Shown here piece by piece: positions 61,501 to 64,000 of a DNA stretch of 64,000 bases. Within the stretch, counting starts at the first letter, position 1; every line of letters starts with the position of its first letter. The notes beneath the pieces are model-generated. The model was not told the DNA's origin and did no database searches. It was given only the letters and a program-made list of their open reading frames with translations. Origin of the DNA: Antedon mediterranea (lineage: Eukaryota > Animalia > Echinodermata); contig NC_092672.1 in assembly GCF_964355755.1 (NCBI RefSeq), positions 27,906,437 to 27,970,436 on the forward strand. The letters are read 5' to 3'. Both the position numbers and the translations under genes were made by a program.

Positions 61501-62351
61501 ATTCAATGTGTATACATGTACTTAATATTCAGTATGCACTTATATGGATATATGTACTATTTAATTGTCCTTATTCAATGTGTATACATGTACTTAATAT
61601 TCAGTGTGTCCCTATTCAATGTGTATACATGTACTTAATATTCAGTGTGTCCCTATTCAATGTGTATACATGTACTTAATATTCAGTGTGTCCCTATTCA
61701 ATGTGTATACATGTACTTAATATTCAGTGTGTCCCTATTCAATGTGTATACATGTACTTAATATTCAGTGTGTCCCTATTCAATGTGTATACATGTACTT
61801 AATATTCAGTGTGTCCTTATTCAATGTGTATATACTTTAACTATAAGTATATACTTTAATTCAAACGTGCATTTATTTATACAATGTTTACTTATTCAAT
61901 TAATTTATTTATTAATATATACTTAGTTTGTACGTATATACATATTAAATATAAACATTAGATTTAAAATGAATTATATCTTTTTTAAATGCACAAACAA
62001 TAAATGTATACATTTTTCAACTAAATTAAAATAACTCTAGAGGCCAGTAAAATAATGAACTTAATTTCAGAAGGACCTTGTAAAATGAAACTTGTACTAA
62101 CTCTTGATGTAACTCATTAAGTATCTGTACTACTGTGTATATCTTATTAATGTTACTTAATAAGATGTGTACTTATAATCATTATTTATTGGAATAAAGT
62201 ACATGTCAAATTTTACACTTACCACCACAGTTTTCTTCATCTGAATAGTCACCACAGTCAAAGAATTCGTCACAGATATATACTTCATCGATGCATTCAA
62301 AATCTCGCAAACAGCGGAATTGATTATCACCACAAACATTTGGTGGAAGAT
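476..62351 (-). CDS. HSPG2: Perlecan (basement membrane-specific heparan sulfate proteoglycan core protein), multi-exon, partial at both ends
   Basis: Spliced exons give the order LDLa x4 - Ig - (LamB + laminin EGF) x3 - Ig x12 - LG-EGF-EGF-LG-EGF-EGF-LG, which is diagnostic for perlecan. All introns are GT-AG with compatible phases. Confidence 0.96.
896..971 (-). CDS. HSPG2: perlecan exon, start of LG3
   Basis: [25 protein letters not shown]; tttcag / gtaggt. Confidence 0.85.
1226..2148. repeat. 17-bp minisatellite (CATTGCAGCATGCGTCT)n
   Basis: About 50 units, near-perfect core at about 1390-1760, degenerating towards both edges. Confidence 0.95.
2350..2481 (-). CDS. HSPG2: perlecan exon, EGF4 of domain V
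   Basis: [44 protein letters not shown]. Confidence 0.92.
3040..3208 (-). CDS. HSPG2: perlecan exon, end of LG2 + EGF3
   Basis: [11 protein letters not shown]...[30 protein letters not shown]. Confidence 0.92.
3234..3369. mobile_element. MITE family A (TIR GCTCTGTCTACACTAT)
   Basis: TIRs gctctgtctacactat / atagtgtagacagag; same internal sequence at 39662, 42807 and 43170. Confidence 0.8.
3784..4028 (-). CDS. HSPG2: perlecan exon, LG2
   Basis: [33 protein letters not shown]...LFIGGV...FKGCLSE. Confidence 0.92.
4361..4585 (-). CDS. HSPG2: perlecan exon, start of LG2
   Basis: [18 protein letters not shown]...[18 protein letters not shown]...FQYDSGS. Confidence 0.93.
5897..5929 (-). CDS. candidate 33-nt alternative microexon of perlecan
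   Basis: tttttaaccag|AAGTTTCTTGG...GCCGAAG|gtgcaa; phase 1-1, open frame [11 protein letters not shown]. Confidence 0.35.
6013..6102 (-). CDS. candidate 90-nt alternative exon of perlecan
   Basis: tgtgtgttgtctgctggtttag acceptor, gtatga donor; phase 1-1, open frame [30 protein letters not shown]. Confidence 0.3.
7218..7559 (-). CDS. HSPG2: perlecan cassette exon, acidic Ser/Thr-rich linker with Ser-Gly GAG-attachment motifs
   Basis: 342 nt, phase 1-1, no stops: [15 protein letters not shown]...[25 protein letters not shown]; aag acceptor, gtataa donor. Confidence 0.82.
8445..8540 (-). CDS. HSPG2: perlecan exon, EGF2
   Basis: [32 protein letters not shown]. Confidence 0.92.
8732..8950 (-). 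CDS. HSPG2: perlecan exon, end of LG1 + EGF1
   Basis: [15 protein letters not shown]...[12 protein letters not shown]...[13 protein letters not shown]. Confidence 0.93.
9418..9750 (-). CDS. HSPG2: perlecan exon, LG1
   Basis: [35 protein letters not shown]...LYLGGVP...GTGFI. Confidence 0.94.
10460..10573 (-). CDS. HSPG2: perlecan exon, start of LG1
   Basis: [37 protein letters not shown]. Confidence 0.92.
11086..11346 (-). CDS. HSPG2: perlecan exon, domain IV Ig12
   Basis: [17 protein letters not shown]...[12 protein letters not shown]. Confidence 0.93.
11488..11754 (-). CDS. HSPG2: perlecan exon, Ig11
   Basis: [17 protein letters not shown]...[11 protein letters not shown]. Confidence 0.93.
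12175..12272 (-). CDS. HSPG2: perlecan exon, Ig10 second half
   Basis: [32 protein letters not shown]. Confidence 0.9.
12480..12645 (-). CDS. HSPG2: perlecan exon, Ig10 first half
   Basis: PPKVTVVP...[20 protein letters not shown]. Confidence 0.9.
13079..13229 (-). CDS. HSPG2: perlecan exon, Ig9 second half
   Basis: [39 protein letters not shown]. Confidence 0.9.
13784..13899 (-). CDS. HSPG2: perlecan exon, Ig9 first half
   Basis: [38 protein letters not shown]. Confidence 0.9.
14353..14538 (-). CDS. HSPG2: perlecan exon, Ig8 second half
   Basis: YTVMWRRV...[20 protein letters not shown]. Confidence 0.9.
15187..15282 (-). CDS. HSPG2: perlecan exon, Ig8 first half
   Basis: [31 protein letters not shown]. 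Confidence 0.88.
15559..15855 (-). CDS. HSPG2: perlecan exon, Ig7
   Basis: [15 protein letters not shown]...[14 protein letters not shown]. Confidence 0.93.
16252..16369 (-). CDS. HSPG2: perlecan exon, Ig6 second half
   Basis: [28 protein letters not shown]. Confidence 0.9.
16679..16833 (-). CDS. HSPG2: perlecan exon, Ig6 first half
   Basis: PQIEIYPE...[19 protein letters not shown]. Confidence 0.9.
16938..17055 (-). CDS. HSPG2: perlecan exon, Ig5 second half
   Basis: [28 protein letters not shown]. Confidence 0.9.
17689..17861 (-). CDS. HSPG2: perlecan exon, Ig5 first half
   Basis: [10 protein letters not shown]...[17 protein letters not shown]. Confidence 0.9.
18670..18942 (-). CDS. HSPG2: perlecan exon, Ig4
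   Basis: [20 protein letters not shown]...[15 protein letters not shown]. Confidence 0.93.
19192..19461 (-). CDS. HSPG2: perlecan exon, Ig3
   Basis: [17 protein letters not shown]...[14 protein letters not shown]. Confidence 0.93.
20052..20229 (-). CDS. HSPG2: perlecan exon, Ig2 second half
   Basis: [15 protein letters not shown]...[18 protein letters not shown]. Confidence 0.92.
20741..20832 (-). CDS. HSPG2: perlecan exon, Ig2 first half
   Basis: [30 protein letters not shown]. Confidence 0.9.
20995..21091 (-). CDS. HSPG2: perlecan exon, Ig1 of domain IV second half
   Basis: [32 protein letters not shown]. Confidence 0.9.
21344..22665 (+). mobile_element. Non-autonomous Helentron/HINE (DINE-1-like) element
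   Basis: 5' hairpin TTATCCGC..GCGGATAA, subterminal IR GGTTATCCGCC / GGCGTATAACC, 3' hairpin AAACTCGTC..GACGAGTTT, ends CTAGTT. Confidence 0.75.
23062..23234 (-). CDS. HSPG2: perlecan exon, Ig1 of domain IV first half
   Basis: [11 protein letters not shown]...[20 protein letters not shown]. Confidence 0.9.
23655..23830 (-). mobile_element. Penelope-like retroelement terminal fragment in (TA)n
   Basis: Homologous to 55063-55340 and to degenerate copies near 24460 and 60205; carries a hammerhead core; flanked by TA repeats. Confidence 0.6.
23791..23828 (-). ncRNA. minimal type I hammerhead ribozyme (stem I truncated)
   Basis: CTGATGA-A-GAGC-TAGTGTT-GCCC-GAAA-GC-TC. Confidence 0.55.
23972..24033 (-). 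CDS. HSPG2: perlecan exon, laminin EGF
   Basis: [20 protein letters not shown]. Confidence 0.9.
24293..24379 (-). CDS. HSPG2: perlecan exon, laminin EGF
   Basis: [29 protein letters not shown]. Confidence 0.9.
24632..24747 (-). CDS. HSPG2: perlecan exon, laminin EGF
   Basis: [38 protein letters not shown]. Confidence 0.92.
24868..24981 (-). CDS. HSPG2: perlecan exon, laminin EGF
   Basis: [38 protein letters not shown]. Confidence 0.93.
25351..25433 (-). CDS. HSPG2: perlecan exon, end of LamB3
   Basis: [27 protein letters not shown]. Confidence 0.9.
25592..27051 (-). mobile_element. Non-autonomous Helitron
   Basis: Minus strand A|TCTATATATA...CTAG|T termini; terminal hairpin CTAGATGGTACGC-GAGCGAAGCGA-GCGTACCATCTAG; internal diverged direct repeat near 26136 and 26840. 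Confidence 0.8.
27477..27624 (-). CDS. HSPG2: perlecan exon, LamB3
   Basis: [32 protein letters not shown]...LWDVSMDTA. Confidence 0.92.
28173..28256 (-). CDS. HSPG2: perlecan exon, LamB3
   Basis: [28 protein letters not shown]. Confidence 0.9.
28579..28677 (-). CDS. HSPG2: perlecan exon, LamB3
   Basis: [33 protein letters not shown]. Confidence 0.9.
28970..29158 (-). CDS. HSPG2: perlecan exon, LamB3
   Basis: [13 protein letters not shown]...[15 protein letters not shown]. Confidence 0.9.
29536..29676 (-). CDS. HSPG2: perlecan exon, laminin EGF
   Basis: [47 protein letters not shown]. Confidence 0.92.
30410..30504 (-). CDS. HSPG2: perlecan exon, laminin EGF
   Basis: [31 protein letters not shown]. 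Confidence 0.88.
30589..30730. mobile_element. hAT-type MITE
   Basis: TIR CAGTGGCGTA / TATGCCACTG with a perfect 8-bp TSD CCTATCTT. Confidence 0.85.
31013..31059 (-). CDS. HSPG2: perlecan exon, laminin EGF (47 nt)
   Basis: [15 protein letters not shown]; phases match the neighbouring exons. Confidence 0.87.
31590..31679 (-). CDS. HSPG2: perlecan exon, laminin EGF
   Basis: [29 protein letters not shown]. Confidence 0.88.
32449..32546 (-). CDS. HSPG2: perlecan exon, laminin EGF
   Basis: [32 protein letters not shown]. Confidence 0.9.
33302..33415 (-). CDS. HSPG2: perlecan exon, laminin EGF
   Basis: [38 protein letters not shown]. Confidence 0.92.
33707..34371 (+). mobile_element. Non-autonomous Helentron/HINE family B
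   Basis: TTACCTCCGCCAAGGAGGT start, (GTTT)n, 3' GGCGGAGTATGCACTCTCGGAGTG hairpin, CTAGTT end; inverted copy at 44318-44984. Confidence 0.85.
34596..34707 (-). CDS. HSPG2: perlecan exon, end of LamB2
   Basis: [37 protein letters not shown]. Confidence 0.92.
36363..36440 (-). CDS. HSPG2: perlecan cassette exon with SGEGSG GAG-attachment motif inside LamB2
   Basis: 78 nt, phase 2-2: (S)[25 protein letters not shown](D); ctcttcactttggttaccag acceptor, gtaggt donor. Confidence 0.78.
36662..36812 (-). mobile_element. tRNA-SINE fragment
   Basis: Reverse complement of the core TCTTCTCGGATAAGGACTATAAACCGT seen at 48279. Confidence 0.7.
37255..37620. repeat. (GAT)n-derived compound repeat
   Basis: GAT runs alternating with GATAGTGAAAAGATAAAGTT units. 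Confidence 0.9.
37842..37960 (-). CDS. HSPG2: perlecan exon, LamB2
   Basis: [39 protein letters not shown]. Confidence 0.92.
38174..38343. mobile_element. hAT-type MITE inserted at a 5' splice site
   Basis: Imperfect TIR CAGTGGTGTAA / TTACAGTCACTG; 8-bp TSD TATTTACC at 38166-38173 and 38344-38351. Confidence 0.75.
38351..38434 (-). CDS. HSPG2: perlecan exon, LamB2
   Basis: [28 protein letters not shown]. Confidence 0.9.
39066..39158 (-). CDS. HSPG2: perlecan exon, LamB2
   Basis: [31 protein letters not shown]. Confidence 0.9.
39451..39636 (-). CDS. HSPG2: perlecan exon, LamB2
   Basis: [11 protein letters not shown]...[15 protein letters not shown]. Confidence 0.9.
39662..39797. mobile_element. 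MITE family A
   Basis: TIRs gctcagtctacactatcaaact / agtttgatagtgtagacagagc flanked by TTAA on both sides. Confidence 0.85.
40248..40388 (-). CDS. HSPG2: perlecan exon, laminin EGF
   Basis: [47 protein letters not shown]. Confidence 0.92.
41026..41087 (-). CDS. HSPG2: perlecan exon, laminin EGF
   Basis: [20 protein letters not shown]. Confidence 0.87.
41786..41844 (-). CDS. HSPG2: perlecan exon, laminin EGF
   Basis: [19 protein letters not shown]. Confidence 0.87.
42230..42316 (-). CDS. HSPG2: perlecan exon, laminin EGF
   Basis: [29 protein letters not shown]. Confidence 0.92.
42463..42584 (-). CDS. HSPG2: perlecan exon, laminin EGF
   Basis: [41 protein letters not shown]. Confidence 0.92.
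42807..42950. mobile_element. MITE family A
   Basis: Same TIRs and internal sequence; internal 19-bp tandem duplication. Confidence 0.85.
43170..43261. mobile_element. MITE family A, partial
   Basis: Right TIR intact, followed by TTAA. Confidence 0.7.
43344..43466 (-). CDS. HSPG2: perlecan exon, laminin EGF
   Basis: [41 protein letters not shown]. Confidence 0.92.
44002..44113 (-). CDS. HSPG2: perlecan exon, end of LamB1
   Basis: [37 protein letters not shown]. Confidence 0.92.
44318..44984 (-). mobile_element. Non-autonomous Helentron/HINE family B, inverted copy
   Basis: Reverse complement of 33707-34371 along its full length. Confidence 0.85.
45239..45390 (-). CDS. HSPG2: perlecan exon, LamB1
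   Basis: [10 protein letters not shown]...[24 protein letters not shown]. Confidence 0.9.
45763..45846 (-). CDS. HSPG2: perlecan exon, LamB1
   Basis: [28 protein letters not shown]. Confidence 0.87.
46176..46274 (-). CDS. HSPG2: perlecan exon, LamB1
   Basis: [33 protein letters not shown]. Confidence 0.88.
46590..46745 (-). mobile_element. degenerate SINE fragment
   Basis: Reverse complement resembles the SINE core (GGATGTAAAGCCGTTGGTCCCGTG...TGCATGTTAAAGAA...TTCGAAAAGAGTAGGG). Confidence 0.55.
46788..46982 (-). CDS. HSPG2: perlecan exon, LamB1
   Basis: [10 protein letters not shown]...[13 protein letters not shown]. Confidence 0.9.
47038..47463. repeat. 43-bp minisatellite, about 10 copies
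   Basis: unit AGAAGTTTGGTTGAACCATGTTGGATGTTAAACCCATGTCCCT. Confidence 0.95.
47521..47648 (-). CDS. HSPG2: perlecan exon, start of domain III
   Basis: [42 protein letters not shown]. Confidence 0.92.
48076..48217 (-). CDS. HSPG2: perlecan exon, domain II Ig second half
   Basis: [34 protein letters not shown]. Confidence 0.92.
48279..48602 (+). mobile_element. full-length tRNA-derived SINE (Deu/Nin-domain-like core)
   Basis: A box TGGCCGAGCGG, B box GGTTCGAGGC, core GGATAAGGACTATAAACCGTAGGTCC...TAAAGAACC...GAGTAGGGG...CCCCGGTGT, (CAAA)n tail. Confidence 0.85.
48859..49004 (-). CDS. HSPG2: perlecan exon, domain II Ig first half
   Basis: APVIIKPP...[21 protein letters not shown] (the WRLNWG motif is typical of perlecan). 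Confidence 0.93.
49377..49508 (-). CDS. HSPG2: perlecan exon, LDLa
   Basis: [36 protein letters not shown]. Confidence 0.93.
49815..49931 (-). CDS. HSPG2: perlecan exon, LDLa
   Basis: [35 protein letters not shown]; gtacgt donor chosen by phase. Confidence 0.9.
50379..50537 (-). CDS. HSPG2: perlecan exon, Pro/Thr linker + LDLa
   Basis: [51 protein letters not shown]. Confidence 0.92.
52118..52248. repeat. inverted repeat arm A (partner 54930-55062)
   Basis: About 131 bp near-identical reverse complement. Confidence 0.9.
55063..55340 (-). mobile_element. Penelope-like retroelement terminal fragment in (TA)n
   Basis: Longer copy of the 23655 repeat, flanked by TA repeats, contains a hammerhead. 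Confidence 0.6.
55210..55252 (-). ncRNA. minimal type I hammerhead ribozyme
   Basis: TTGCA-CTGATGA-A-GGGC-TAGTGTT-GCCT-GAAA-GC-TT-TGCTAA: core motifs, stem II, short stem I, palindromic AGCT stem III. Confidence 0.65.
55345..55530. mobile_element. Tc1/mariner (pogo/Tigger-like) MITE
   Basis: Perfect 24-bp TIR CAGTCAACTCTCCCAATACCGGAC, TA target duplication. Confidence 0.88.
57014..57386 (+). mobile_element. tRNA-derived SINE, same head and core as 48279 with a different 3' part
   Basis: TGGCCGAGCG...GGTTCGAGGCTCAC...GGATAAGGACTATAAACCGTAGG; ends in an (ATTAC)n tail. Confidence 0.8.
58000..58020 (-). CDS. candidate 21-nt microexon in the domain II linker
   Basis: ccttctgttgttttcaaag|CTGCGGTCCCTACTGAGACAG|gttttc; phase 1-1, AAVPTET. 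Confidence 0.3.
58553..59130. repeat. compound satellite, 76-bp higher-order unit of TGGCAGTAAGGTAAA subrepeats
   Basis: AACCACAC recurs at 58561, 58637, 58713 and 58789; degenerate subunits continue to about 59130. Confidence 0.9.
61090..61835. repeat. 72-73-bp minisatellite switching to a 41-bp derivative
   Basis: About 7 long units, then about 6 short units TATTCAGTGTGTCCCTATTCAATGTGTATACATGTACTTAA. Confidence 0.95.
62223..62351 (-). CDS. HSPG2: perlecan exon, LDLa
   Basis: [42 protein letters not shown]; phase 1 joins exon 50379-50537. Confidence 0.88.
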
Positions 62352-64000
62352 CTGAAGATTATTATTACAAGTAATTTATTTAATTATTATAATATTTAAA
62401 AATCAAATGATGATTATATAAATGCATGATGATAAAAAGACAAACAATTATTTAAAAAAAGTTATTATGTTAGTAAATTAATTGTGACCATAAAAAGATA
62501 ATAAACAACTATGACATTGGAAGATGAAAAAAATCATCTGATTGGTTAGTAGCCGGAGTATGTTTTTTCTATGTCTATGTGAAGAAATTGAAAAACCAAT
62601 CTTAACACATGTTCCGATTTTTGTAAATATAATTTGTTAATAGAAAACAGGCTTTAGACCTTACTTGGTCAAACTGACCATTTGAGTTTTTAGCCTGACT
62701 GAAAAAAGTCCAGTGCTATTATTGAGGAAACATGTTTTTTAGGATGGAGTCGATGGACAATGCAAACATAAAATCTTGGGAAACTTACTTTTCCCAAGGA
62801 TTTGACAACTTTTCATAATTATCTTCCGGGTTTAAAACTAGGAAACATCGATAATTGTACTACTACCTATAGGGATAATTGTACTATTACCGATAGGTTA
62901 AGTAAGGATTTGTCAAAAACATTTTTTTGTAAAACATCAATAAACAATCACATTAAATCAATTATGAGAATTACAGAATGTCATAATGTAGACAATTGGA
63001 ATCTGGAAGACCTTGGAAAGCTTTTCAAGTTCAACTTAATTATCACAGTTTGAATGATAGAATAGATTACATTTGAGTGAGAAACCAGAAGGCCTACGAA
63101 ATCAAGACAGGATTCCAGAATTGTATTTGATACTGGAGCCATGTATTGCGTGATAAGGTACAACCAATATTGTAAATTACAATGTTATGATTTAAATTCT
63201 AAAAACAGATGTAAATGAACATTGAAATATATATGATGAAAGAAAAGAAGAAAAAAAGAGTAGATGTAATGAAATAAAAGAAATGGGAATAACAGGTTTG
63301 AGAAAAATTTACGATGAGCAAGGGGTTCCAAATGATGTTGGTTCAGCAGAAGGCCAGTCATATTTCATATTGATGGGGTCATCTTTCATATTGATGGGTC
63401 ATGATTTATAATCATAAAATTCTCATTAGTACATTTTCAGGATGCCATGGTGGGAAATATGAATAAAATTTATATAAGTTATTTCTAAATATAAACCAAT
63501 AAATAAATTTGTATAACAAAAATTACTGTATTTAAACTCTGGCAGCCAAATGATTTTTGAAATGTTAATTTTGTTATCTCATTTTCTGAAACTTAATTGT
63601 ACATTATTTTTCAGTTTTAAAATTAAATTTTTTATCAGGTATGTTTCTATATCATAACCAGCGTATGCAAGCATTTGTTTATTCTAAATAATCCGTAAAA
63701 ACCTATCTTTTAATGAGTATAAAATTTAAAATTGTTGATTGTTAGGACATTTCCATATTTGTGTGCATACAGTACTTATTTGATAGGTAGGTGCTGTAGG
63801 TAGGTAGGATTTACAAGATCTTTTTAACTTTGTAAGATAAATGCCAAAAGATGATGATACAGATTTACTGAGAAACCATATAAATATAATAAATTGATTT
63901 ATAACTATGAAAGGTGGAGGATGGGGTCAATGTGTTATGATTTACAGACAAAATACCAAGAATGAAAGAACAGTAAAAAGTAATGATTTAAATTAATTAG

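Noticed and set aside
61133-61679. Overlapping hydrophobic ORFs
   Set aside because: Translations of the 72-73-bp satellite.
476-62351. Separate genes (LDL receptor, laminin, Ig-CAM, agrin/neurexin)
   Set aside because: All exons are on one strand with compatible phases and in perlecan domain order. No internal start or stop exons were found.
62352-64000. Upstream perlecan exons or promoter
   Set aside because: No recognisable LDLa/SEA or signal-peptide coding block. The region appears intronic and the gene continues beyond the window.

Overview
AT-rich eukaryotic (metazoan invertebrate) genomic DNA. The whole window lies inside one minus-strand gene, the basement-membrane heparan sulfate proteoglycan perlecan (HSPG2/trol/unc-52 orthologue), which runs off both ends. 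By hand I traced about 60 GT-AG exons with a continuous reading frame. They cover domain II (4 LDLa + 1 Ig), domain III (3 laminin-B/IV modules with laminin EGF repeats), domain IV (12 Ig domains) and domain V (LG1-EGF-EGF-LG2-EGF-EGF and the start of LG3). The main surprise is two frame-symmetric exons that the domain architecture does not need. One is 78 nt inside laminin-B module 2 and the other is 342 nt between EGF2 and LG2. Both encode acidic Ser-Gly glycosaminoglycan-attachment motifs and both are followed by TGCATG clusters, which suggests splicing switches sugar-chain attachment on and off. Further candidate microexons lie nearby. The introns hold Helitron/Helentron-like elements, MITEs, tRNA-SINEs, Penelope-type fragments with minimal hammerhead ribozymes, satellites and several inverted duplications, one of which would base-pair a 5' splice site. 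Coordinates were read by eye. Alternative splicing is inferred, not shown.
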